Shown here: positions 9,413 to 17,517 of the stretch, in pieces
Layout: each line of letters starts with the position of its first letter
Numbering within the stretch: position 1 is the stretch's first letter
NCBI GenBank assembly: GCA_021772515.1
Contig: JAJFLU010000033.1
Coordinates: 28,106-92,105, forward strand
DNA: 64,000 bases
Source of the DNA: Opitutales bacterium
Lineage (GTDB): Bacteria; Verrucomicrobiota; Verrucomicrobiia; Opitutales; UBA2987
Reading direction: 5' to 3'
The notes under the pieces: generated by a model
Database searches by the model: none
What the model saw: the letters and a program-made list of their open reading frames with translations, nothing else
Told to the model about the DNA's origin: nothing
Position numbers and translations under genes: made by a program

Positions 9413-11203
9413 CTAATCTTGCGCTTTTACCGGCACATACTCATCGGCGCCAAGATCGATATTGGGAGAGAAACGTGGTTGCCCATCAATGTCGTCCGAG
9501 GCGAAATCGGCATATAAACCTCTGTTAATACATTTAGAATCAGGAGCTAGATGAAAGGTCGGTATAATTTCGGCCTTTTCTTCCTTATCAAGGTTAAAGT
9601 GCCCCCAAATCGTTATCTGACTGTCATCATTATCCACAATCAGGGACCAGGCTTCCCCCACCCTTATTACACGATCCCGGAGAGATCCGGGCTCAAAATT
9701 CCCTTCGATGGTGACAATAGTCTGGAAACGATTTTCCAGGGTTCGGAATGCCTTAGTTTCAAGGCTCAGTCCGTCATCTAGAAACCCAGGCTCAATATTG
9801 TAGGCAGCGTAGGAATTTCCAAAACCACCTTCGATCAAATTGTAAGACAGATCGACCCAGGGCTCCAACCTGATTTGCTTGGATTCATTGCCGTAAAAAA
9901 TGTTATTCCTCATAACCAGTGGCTGCAGAAAAGGGTTTTTAAAATTAAGATGATCCACTGCTCCACCATGTTTTCGAGCTTTGTTGAAAACCACCGTGTT
10001 GTTGACTGCATAGAGCCATCCGTGAGTACCGCCAAAAGCGCTCGATTTGTTGTCGGATGAATTATAAGCGAAAATATTATTCTCCAAGTGCATCAGCGAA
10101 TCATCCTGGTGAACAGCTCCACCGGATCCATCCGTATTGTTTCCGAAAAAAAGGTTATACTTGATTTTCGGATAGGAAAATTTTTGTGATTCGAGGCCGC
10201 CGCCATCGTCCTCTGCATAGTTATTGAGAAAAATATTCCACCTAACGGTAGGCCAGGAAAAATATTCGCAATAAATGGCTCCGCCGTCGCTTCCTCCGAG
10301 AGCTTTATTGGCAACAAAGAGGTTATGGAACACTCCTGCCCGAGAGCTGTTGGAAAGACTAATGGCTCCACCGTTGGATGAGCGGGTTAAATTTTTGTCA
10401 CCTATCCCAGCCCGATTGCCATAGAAAATATTATATCCAATTTGTGGAATGCAGTCGTCATTGGCGGATAATCCGGCCCCGTAACCGACCTCTGTCAAAT
10501 TTTCTATGATCAAGTTATGCTTAACGATGGGATTGGCAAAATCAACCAGACCTATCCCGCCCCCATCATGGCTGCGTTGGCGTCGTCGTTTAGGATCGTG
10601 GCTGAAACCTTCCGGGGCCAGAGTTTGGTTATTGCGAATAACGTTGTTGGTAATGACAGGCGAGGTCTTGTAGCAGTAAATGCCCGCCCCATGTCCCCGA
10701 ACTAATCCGCCGGTAATTATAAAGCCATCGATTTTTGCCGAATCGCCTCCCTCCACAACCCGGCCTTTCTGCCCACCATCCAGAATGGTGGCATTATCAA
10801 AAATATCCCGCTCCCATGTGGCCGGATCGAATCCACCGTAAAGGTCAACAAATGGAACCATTTTAAGAGGAGTTTGGAAATAAACGCCTTTGGCCACCAA
10901 AATGGCAATTCGGTGATTTTCGGATGCTTGCTCAAGCGCCCTCAACGCAGCCGGAATCGTTTGCCAGGGCCTGCTGCGATCTCCATTTCCGTTCCGGTCG
11001 TTTCCGGTCTCAACAGAAACATGAAGCACTTCCGCATAGCCTTCCAATGGGACAATTTCAGTCCGGGGACCCATATCTTGCAGCCGCCACCCGTGCGGGG
11101 CATCGGGCCAGGCATGGACATCTTCAGGCGGATCGGCTCTCAGAAACGAAATAGATATCAGGGAAAGAACAGAAAACGGGATGAAAAAATATTGCCTACA
11201 CAT
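9413..11203 (-). CDS. Secreted right-handed parallel beta-helix repeat protein
   Basis: The N-terminal signal peptide is MCRQYFFIPFSVLSLISISFLRA. Gly/Asn-rich repeats recur (NNxxxxN, GGGI, GGAI), as in pectate-lyase-fold proteins. The C-terminal DIDGQPR...DLGADEY is typical of such proteins. Confidence 0.65.
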   Translation of the reverse strand: MCRQYFFIPFSVLSLISISFLRADPPEDVHAWPDAPHGWRLQDMGPRTEIVPLEGYAEVLHVSVETGNDRNGNGDRSRPWQTIPAALRALEQASENHRIAILVAKGVYFQTPLKMVPFVDLYGGFDPATWERDIFDNATILDGGQKGRVVEGGDSAKIDGFIITGGLVRGHGAGIYCYKTSPVITNNVIRNNQTLAPEGFSHDPKRRRQRSHDGGGIGLVDFANPIVKHNLIIENLTEVGYGAGLSANDDCIPQIGYNIFYGNRAGIGDKNLTRSSNGGAISLSNSSRAGVFHNLFVANKALGGSDGGAIYCEYFSWPTVRWNIFLNNYAEDDGGGLESQKFSYPKIKYNLFFGNNTDGSGGAVHQDDSLMHLENNIFAYNSSDNKSSAFGGTHGWLYAVNNTVVFNKARKHGGAVDHLNFKNPFLQPLVMRNNIFYGNESKQIRLEPWVDLSYNLIEGGFGNSYAAYNIEPGFLDDGLSLETKAFRTLENRFQTIVTIEGNFEPGSLRDRVIRVGEAWSLIVDNDDSQITIWGHFNLDKEEKAEIIPTFHLAPDSKCINRGLYADFASDDIDGQPRFSPNIDLGADEYVPVKAQD

Positions 11204-11305
11204 GGGGACAAAATCTATTGGACTTACGACATCAGCTCAATTCCTTTCTCCAAATAATATGGCAGAAAAATCACTTATATTTTACGATCGTTTTTTTAAG
11301 GAAAG

Positions 11306-11826
11306 TTACCATCGGCACATTTGACGGTTCCACGCATGAATTGAAAAGAAGTTGATAATAATACAACCACCGTAGGCCAAGGGATCGACGGCCATACTCG
11401 AATCACCGTGGCCGACCACACGCCGACCGAGCAGGACATCTACATGTTTCGCCAGTCTTGGATAATACTTTGATAAGTGGTTGTTATTAAATGAATAATG
11501 GACAAAGAGGAAGACAAAGACGAAGAGGAAGATTATTAAAAAACGGCCTAAAGTTCGCGGCATTCGGATCGGCCCTTTTTCTTTCTGACTTAAAGCGGCC
11601 ACGAGGTTGCGGTACCATCTGAGTAAGGTGTCTGGTGTAACGATAGGTGAAATCCCGAAGAGAGCTCTTCGTCCGAGCTTTTTCGATTTCTAGGCAAGCT
11701 TTACCTTATTTTCTGGAAATTATTGAAGGCTTTGGGTTTTCCACCGAATTGCTCGATCAATATCTGCCCTTCCTCAGTCAGATACTCGATAACAGCCTGT
11801 TGCCGTCGATTCCTATAGTCCCCCGA
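11306..11826 (-). pseudogene. Decayed N-terminal remnant of an rve/integrase-core (IS481/IS3-like) transposase
   Basis: Minus-strand translation in shifting frames gives DYRNRRQQAVIEYLTEEGQILIEQFGGKPKAFNNFQKIR-stop. A frameshift then leads into KSKKLGRRALFGISPIVTPDTLLRWYRNLVAALSQKEKGPIRMPRTL, followed by a low-complexity insert. No DDE core follows. Confidence 0.6.
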
Positions 11827-12088
11827 TCAGATGAACCATAAAGTGAAATGGTAGAATCGTACCTCAGGCCAACACTGAGTCTGTCTTTCAGATATTCAAT
11901 GCGTTATTTGATTGGGCTGATTATTTTGGCCTAACAAGTTTTTTGTGCAACTTGCTGGGCGATTATTTTGCTACATTCTATAGGCTGGTTGTGCAAGAGA
12001 GCAGGCCTTGCTGCGCTGATAGAGTGGTTCTCATGGCCTTTACAGCTACGGTGGTCCATTCCGTCAATTAACTCACCTGGACCTGTTG

Positions 12089-12949
12089 TCAGTAAAGCAA
12101 TTCGATCCAGCGTTCACCGGCTACGAGCTCGGCCTTTCGCCGGTTCCATTTCTCGGCAGAACCCGCCAGCCTGGCAAACACTACATCCAACTCGTCGCGG
12201 ATGACTTCCAAGCCTGCCAGGTAAACGAAGGTTTTGGAATCTGAAAGCATTTTCCATAGCTCTTTGCCCCGCGATTCCAGGGCGCTCCCCCAATCGATCG
12301 CATCCGACCAATGGGGCCTGCTGCTTAAAGCCGAAATCGCTTCGAAGGTCTGCACGTCGTAATATTGGGCGAAATCATTTCTCTTGTCGTTCATGTAAAA
12401 GAGGTCCAGACCGGTTTTCCCCCCGTAGAAAAGCCGAACTTGGCCTTCGAATTGGGGAGTTTTCCCGTAAAGATGCTTAATAAAAGCCCGAAATGGCGCG
12501 ATTCCGGTGCCCGCTCCAATTAGTATCAGGGATGTGTCGGGTTCCTCCGGCGCCTCGAAGGCCTGACCGTAAGGACCGGTTAGGAACAGCGTGTCATCAA
12601 CGCTCAAATCGCAAAGATAGTTCGAGGCGACGCCCCGGTATTCCTCACCACTAAATTCGTCTATGTAGCTACAGCGGCGCACACAAATATGAACCAGTGT
12701 GTTGCCTTGGCTGGTTGTTTCCGCCAAGTCGGCGATGCTATAAAGCCTGAAGTGCCGATCCTGGCCGAACTCCTTTTGCCCCGGCGCCAGCACCCCGATG
12801 TTTTGTCCCAGCGCGACAGAAAAATCGCTATCGTCAAGCTGTAGGACAATATCCCGCACCTCTTCGGTTGATTCAGTCGGCGTAATGCGGTCCGTGGCAA
12901 CCACCCTGGCTTTGTACTGATGTTTTTTATCGTAATCCTGCAAACGCAT
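12089..12949 (-). CDS. Plant-type ferredoxin-NADP+ reductase (FNR)
   Basis: FRLYSIAD is the FAD-binding RLYSIA-type motif and LIGAGTGIAPFRAF is the NADP-binding motif. The protein ends in a terminal aromatic residue (ELLY). A strong AGGAGG lies 8 nt upstream of the ATG. Confidence 0.85.
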   Translation of the reverse strand: MRLQDYDKKHQYKARVVATDRITPTESTEEVRDIVLQLDDSDFSVALGQNIGVLAPGQKEFGQDRHFRLYSIADLAETTSQGNTLVHICVRRCSYIDEFSGEEYRGVASNYLCDLSVDDTLFLTGPYGQAFEAPEEPDTSLILIGAGTGIAPFRAFIKHLYGKTPQFEGQVRLFYGGKTGLDLFYMNDKRNDFAQYYDVQTFEAISALSSRPHWSDAIDWGSALESRGKELWKMLSDSKTFVYLAGLEVIRDELDVVFARLAGSAEKWNRRKAELVAGERWIELLY

Positions 12950-12965
12950 TTAGTTATCCTCCTGA

Positions 12966-13181
12966 TTAATCGTTTTTATCTAAAGTTGAAACTTCGTTAG
13001 AGCAGTCTTCCATCTTGCAATGGGTTTGATCGGAACAGCCGTGGCAGCCCAGGCGACCGACCAGCGCATCCTCGTCGGCGGGGATTCCGGGAAACACCCG
13101 TCGCCAGGCCAACTGCACCAGCAGCCAACCACTGAGGATGGCAGTGATGCCGATGACCGCTTTTACTATTTCTTGTAACAT
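12966..13181 (-). CDS. Small single-pass Cys-rich membrane protein (NqrM / FeoB-associated Cys-rich-like)
   Basis: The 71-aa protein has one hydrophobic helix (AVIGITAILSGWLLVQLAW) followed by GCHGCSDQTHCKMEDC. It lies 18 nt after rnfA and 16 nt before the FNR gene. No clear SD is visible. Confidence 0.5.
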   Translation of the reverse strand: MLQEIVKAVIGITAILSGWLLVQLAWRRVFPGIPADEDALVGRLGCHGCSDQTHCKMEDCSNEVSTLDKND

Positions 13182-13199
13182 TAGTAATAAATAAATTCG

Positions 13200-13781
13200 C
13201 TAATTTGAGAGTCCGGCAAAGCCCATGAAGCAGATGGATAGCAGCCCCGCCAGCATCAGGGTGATAGCGGTTCCTTTTACGAGATCGGGCGTTTTGGCCA
13301 GTTCCAGTTTTTCGCGCAGCCCAGCCATCAACACCAGCGCCAGGGTAAAGCCAAAACCGGCCCCCAGCGCATAGACTATTGACTGCACAAAGCCGTAACC
13401 CTTGTTGGTTTGAAAGAGGGCGAGGGCCAAAATCGCGCAATTTGTGGTGATGAGGGGAAGAAAGATGCCGAGGGCGCGGAAGAGGATCGGGCTGACTTTT
13501 TTGATGAACATCTCGACCAGTTGCACCGTCGAGGCAATCACGGCGATGAACGAGATCAGTTTCAGGTAAGGTGCGTCTATTTGAACCAACAAAAGCTGGA
13601 TCCCGAAGGCGCACATCGAACTGACCAGCATGACAAAGGTGACTGCCCCGCCCATGCGGGTGGCCGTGCCGAGCTTACCCGACACTCCCAAAAAGGGACA
13701 GATGCCCAGGAAGTAGGCCAACACGAAGTTGTTGATCAGACATGCGTTGATGAAGATCGACCAAAGTGAATCGCTATTCAT
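13200..13781 (-). CDS. rnfA: Rnf complex subunit A
   Basis: From the internal ATG the sequence reads MNSDSLWSIFINACLINNFVLAYFLGICPFLGVS...GIFLPLITTNCA, collinear with RnfA/RsxA. The ATGA start overlaps the rnfE stop. Confidence 0.9.
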   Translation of the reverse strand: MNSDSLWSIFINACLINNFVLAYFLGICPFLGVSGKLGTATRMGGAVTFVMLVSSMCAFGIQLLLVQIDAPYLKLISFIAVIASTVQLVEMFIKKVSPILFRALGIFLPLITTNCAILALALFQTNKGYGFVQSIVYALGAGFGFTLALVLMAGLREKLELAKTPDLVKGTAITLMLAGLLSICFMGFAGLSN

Positions 13782-14428
13782 GCCGTTGCCTCCTTTAAAG
13801 TTTCCCGGCGAGCCCTCGATTGCTCGAACCAGTTGAAGAACACGAGCCAGCCCGCGAGAGTGAAAAACCCGCCCGCCGGAAGCACCATGACGACCCATTC
13901 CTGATAGTGATCTCCAAATAATTGCAGACCGAACAGGCTTCCGTAACCGAATATTTCACGCACCGCGCCCAGGCAGAGTAGCGCTACGGTAAACCCTATT
14001 CCCATTCCTAGTCCGTCCAGGATTGAACGAAAAACACCATTTTTTGAGGCGAAAGCCTCCGCCCGGCCAAGGATCAGGCAATTGACGACTATCAACGAAA
14101 TGAAGGCTCCCAAAGCTTTGTGCAGTTCCAGACTGATTGCCTGAATCAGGTAATCGACGATGGTGACAAATGTTGCGATAATCAGGATGAAGGTGACTAT
14201 CCGCACCTGTTTGGGCACGAAGTTGCGAATCGAGGAAACGACGATATTTGACATGAGCAGCACAAATGAGGTCGCCAACCCCATCGCCAGCGCGTTTTCC
14301 GCAGTATTGCTGACGGCCAGGACCGGACACATCCCGAGCACTTGGACAAAGACCGGGTTTTGTTTCCACAAGCCTTTCAGAAACTCGTCTGTCCCCGTTG
14401 TCGTAACCTGTTTTGTTGTGTTAGCCAT
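13778..14428 (-). CDS. rnfE: Rnf complex subunit E
   Basis: GLWKQNPVFVQVLGMCPVLAVS...GAFISLIVVNCLILGRAEAFASKNG is collinear with RnfE/RsxE. Confidence 0.9.
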   Translation of the reverse strand: MANTTKQVTTTGTDEFLKGLWKQNPVFVQVLGMCPVLAVSNTAENALAMGLATSFVLLMSNIVVSSIRNFVPKQVRIVTFILIIATFVTIVDYLIQAISLELHKALGAFISLIVVNCLILGRAEAFASKNGVFRSILDGLGMGIGFTVALLCLGAVREIFGYGSLFGLQLFGDHYQEWVVMVLPAGGFFTLAGWLVFFNWFEQSRARRETLKEATA

Positions 14429-14429
14429 T

Positions 14430-15137
14430 TTAATCCCGATTATTCGGGTCTCTAAAGTCAGTCATTTGCCGACGGATTTTCGGAATCCACCAAACCGTGC
14501 TTTCTCGCAGCATGTCGGCCGTCGCCCGCGAGGTGATAGTCGCGCCGGTAATTCCGTCGATCTGCCAGGACTCAGTCTTTTTGCCTTGCTTGACGAATTC
14601 GATTGGATGGGCCACTGCGGCTCCGTCGGGCGACAGGCTCACGTCGAGATCGCCAAAGTTGCTCTGGAAATCTTCATCGGTCTCTATGCGGTCACCCAGA
14701 CCGGGAGTTTCACGACTTTCGAGCACACTTATGCCGAGGATGGATTCAGATTCAATCGAATAGCCATAGAGCAGCCTGACAACATCCTGATAGCCCATGC
14801 CCCGAGCTTCAATCGCCAGTCCGACAAGGGAATGCTGATCGTCATAACCGGCAAAAACGAGATCCGAGCCCTCGCTGTCGGGAGAAGTTGGCTCAAAACG
14901 GTTATCGTCAGTCAGGCGAAAGGCGGCGCTGGCTATTGCCTCCGGCAGCACCTCGAAAATGGCCTTCTGTCGCAGTTCGATCTTATTTTGCTGAATGACG
15001 GGACCGGTTAGCTCAAACACGGATACAATGGCCAGACCACAAACTAAGCCAATGCCCACCACCGCCCGGTACATCGGCCAGACTTTGACCCTGGGAGCGG
15101 TTTGTGGGGGATTGGCGGGTGTTCTCCTCTCGCTCAA
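14430..15137 (-). CDS. rnfG: Rnf complex subunit G (FMN-binding)
   Basis: It has an N-terminal TM helix and the covalent-FMN motif context DGITGATITSRA. Confidence 0.85.
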   Translation of the reverse strand: MSERRTPANPPQTAPRVKVWPMYRAVVGIGLVCGLAIVSVFELTGPVIQQNKIELRQKAIFEVLPEAIASAAFRLTDDNRFEPTSPDSEGSDLVFAGYDDQHSLVGLAIEARGMGYQDVVRLLYGYSIESESILGISVLESRETPGLGDRIETDEDFQSNFGDLDVSLSPDGAAVAHPIEFVKQGKKTESWQIDGITGATITSRATADMLRESTVWWIPKIRRQMTDFRDPNNRD

Positions 15138-16156
15138 GGTGTCTGCCTCCGTTTTTTTGTGCCGTAAACCCGTGGTTGAATCCAGTTGTCGATATGGGGC
15201 GAAACCGCATTACCCAGAAGGATGGCATACATGACGCCTTCGGGCATACCTCCCCAGACGCGAATCACCACCACCAGCAATCCGATGAGGACGCCATAAA
15301 GCTCGCAACCAAGGTGTGTCATGGGCGAAGCCACCATATCGGTCGCCATGAAAACCGCTCCGAGCATCAATCCTCCGGAAAACAACATGAAAAGCGGTCC
15401 GGCGTATTTGGCGGGATCGATCAATTGAAGGAGGCCACTGCAAAGCGCCACCGTCAGGAAAATGGTGACCGGAATCCGCCAGCTCATTATTTTCCGCATT
15501 ACCAGATAGACTCCGCCCAGTAAAATCAGCAGGGCGCAGGTTTCGCCGGTCGAGCCTGAGACATAACCCAAGAGCAGGTCGGTCGGTTCGGTCATTACGC
15601 GGTCGAACTTCCAGCCCGCGAGCGGAGTTGCCCCCGAGATACTGTCGTAAACCGGTTTGGTAAAAGGCCAGGCAAGGGTCGAGGATGGCAGTTGAGTAAA
15701 GCGATCCACCGGCATCGTGGGCCAGGTGGTCATGGCCACGGGAAAGGCGGCCTGGAGCAGCGCCCGGCCAACCAATGCAGGATTGAAGGGATTATAACCC
15801 AGCCCACCGAAAAGGAATTTACCCAATCCCACCGCCATTACGCCGCCCACCGCCACCATCCATACGGCCAAACCGGGTGGAAGGGTGAGACCATAGAGAA
15901 GACCGGTTACCACTACGGACCAATCACCCACGCTGGAATTCCGGCCAGTCAGGCGGCACAGGAGATGTTCGGTCACCAAACAGGAAGTAACCGCAGTGCC
16001 GAGGGTGATGAGCGCGGCCAGGCCGAACGCATAGACGGCGAAGGCTGTCACCGGCAGCAGCGCCAGAACCACGTTGAACATGATGGCGTTCACGCTCTTT
16101 CCACCGGCGATGTGGGGAGAGCTGCGGATTTCAAGCGTTTTGGTCCACCGCACCAT
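15134..16156 (-). CDS. rnfD: Rnf complex subunit D
   Basis: The N-terminus contains SSPHI, the protein is polytopic, and the flavinylation motif SGATPL is present (DSISGATPLAGWK). Confidence 0.9.
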   Translation of the reverse strand: MVRWTKTLEIRSSPHIAGGKSVNAIMFNVVLALLPVTAFAVYAFGLAALITLGTAVTSCLVTEHLLCRLTGRNSSVGDWSVVVTGLLYGLTLPPGLAVWMVAVGGVMAVGLGKFLFGGLGYNPFNPALVGRALLQAAFPVAMTTWPTMPVDRFTQLPSSTLAWPFTKPVYDSISGATPLAGWKFDRVMTEPTDLLLGYVSGSTGETCALLILLGGVYLVMRKIMSWRIPVTIFLTVALCSGLLQLIDPAKYAGPLFMLFSGGLMLGAVFMATDMVASPMTHLGCELYGVLIGLLVVVIRVWGGMPEGVMYAILLGNAVSPHIDNWIQPRVYGTKKRRQTP

Positions 16157-16157
16157 A

Positions 16158-17498
16158 TCAGGCCGTCACTTTCATTTTGCGTACCGCCGCTTTGGCGATG
16201 CGAAATTGCTGAACCAATGGGATATGGGACGGGCAAACGAAGGTGCAACAGCCGCATTCGAAGCAATCCATCAAGTGAAAATCATCGACCATTCGCCGGT
16301 AATGGTCCTGCTCCGCCAGCAGACCGAGTTGTGAAGGATTGAGGAAAATTGGGCAGGCATCCACACAATAACCACAGCGGATACAAGGATACTGCGGGTG
16401 TCCGTCCCGGAATCCGGTTTCCCGTGTGGTGAAAGCGATCACCCCGGTTGTGCCCTTGGTAATCGGGATGTCCAGGCTGGAAACGGCCTGGCCCATCATC
16501 GGACCGCCCAGGAAAACTCGGGTAATGTCGTCCTCAACACCCACAGTTTCAAGAACGAACCGTAGCGGAGTTCCAATCTGGATGCGGTAATTGCCCTTGT
16601 TTTTAACGGCAGGCCCCCCGACCGTGATGACCCGCTCCTGAATTCCCTTACCGTGCGGCAGAAGCTGCCCGATCTCGGCCGTGGTGGCGACATTTACACA
16701 GAGTGCATGGACATCTAGCGGTAGGCCGCCGGAGGGGATTTCCCGATCCAGAAGGGCGGTGATGAGCAATTTTTCTGCGCCCTGTGGGTATTTAACCGGC
16801 AAGACTTCGAGCTCGATTCCCGAACCATCGGGTATGGTGGCGCGTAAAGTTTCCGCCGCGTCGGGCTTATTGGCCTCCACCGCGATAATCGTTCTTGTGG
16901 CACCGGTAGCCTTCATCAAATAGGGGATACCTGCCATGACATCGACAGAGTGTTCCAGCATCACCCGGTGGTCGGTTGTGAGGTAAGGTTCACACTCGGC
17001 TCCATTGATCACCAGGGTGTCGACAAACTTTCCTTCGGGAATCCGCAGCTTGGCATGGGTGGGAAAACCGGCGCCCCCCAGGCCCACTACCCCTGCTTGC
17101 TGAACGGCAGCCACGATCTCCTCGGAGTCCGCCGTGGAGGCGTCGCAGGCGGCCCCCTCCATAATCTCCTGGGTCGAGGCGGGAAATGGTTCAATGAAAA
17201 TTCCGGGAACCATCTTTCCGGTGATGCTGGGCGTAAGCCCGATGTGGCAGACAATTCCAGAGGCTGGCGCATGCATGGCCACGGAAACAAAGCCGTCGTG
17301 CTTCGCAATACACTGGCCGCGGGTCACCTCCTGACCCTCCCGAACCACCGCCACCGCAGGTTTGCCGATATGCTGGGAAAGGGGAACCACAAGCGACGGC
17401 GCAAAGGGAAACTGCCGAATGGGCAATCCGCTGGTGTCATCCTTCGATTCCGGCGGATGAATGCCGTGGGCGAAGGTTTTGCTCCTAAAAATATTCAT
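16158..17498 (-). CDS. rnfC: Rnf complex subunit C
   Basis: GLGGAGFPTHAK is the nucleotide/flavin site. There are two ferredoxin motifs, CIRCGYCVDACP and CFECGCCTFVCP. Length is 446 aa. Confidence 0.9.
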   Translation of the reverse strand: MNIFRSKTFAHGIHPPESKDDTSGLPIRQFPFAPSLVVPLSQHIGKPAVAVVREGQEVTRGQCIAKHDGFVSVAMHAPASGIVCHIGLTPSITGKMVPGIFIEPFPASTQEIMEGAACDASTADSEEIVAAVQQAGVVGLGGAGFPTHAKLRIPEGKFVDTLVINGAECEPYLTTDHRVMLEHSVDVMAGIPYLMKATGATRTIIAVEANKPDAAETLRATIPDGSGIELEVLPVKYPQGAEKLLITALLDREIPSGGLPLDVHALCVNVATTAEIGQLLPHGKGIQERVITVGGPAVKNKGNYRIQIGTPLRFVLETVGVEDDITRVFLGGPMMGQAVSSLDIPITKGTTGVIAFTTRETGFRDGHPQYPCIRCGYCVDACPIFLNPSQLGLLAEQDHYRRMVDDFHLMDCFECGCCTFVCPSHIPLVQQFRIAKAAVRKMKVTA

Positions 17499-17517
17499 TC
17501 TAAACCGCTTGGTAGGT

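Noticed and set aside
11504-11535. A shared purine-rich word GAGGAAGACAAAGA... between 5525-5560 and 11504-11535, considered as a dispersed repeat.
   Set aside because: Only about 14 nt are identical, and the rest is GAA/GAG low complexity. This is insufficient to call a repeat family without a genome-wide search.
12997-13614. A 205-aa minus-strand ORF overlapping rnfA and the small Cys-rich gene in another frame. Similar out-of-frame ORFs lie across rnfD, rnfC and PFOR, for example 15692-16342, 16950-17597 and 19930-20481.
   Set aside because: The Rnf and PFOR frames have unambiguous family motifs. The overlapping ORFs are Arg/Gly/His-rich artefacts of GC-rich coding sequence.
12966-17498. 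Whether the membrane complex is Na+-NQR rather than Rnf, given the NqrM-like peptide and an FNR-fold gene reminiscent of NqrF.
   Set aside because: The C subunit carries two 4Fe-4S motifs (RnfC-like, unlike NqrA). A polyferredoxin RnfB is present. The FNR lacks the NqrF N-terminal TM helix and 2Fe-2S domain.
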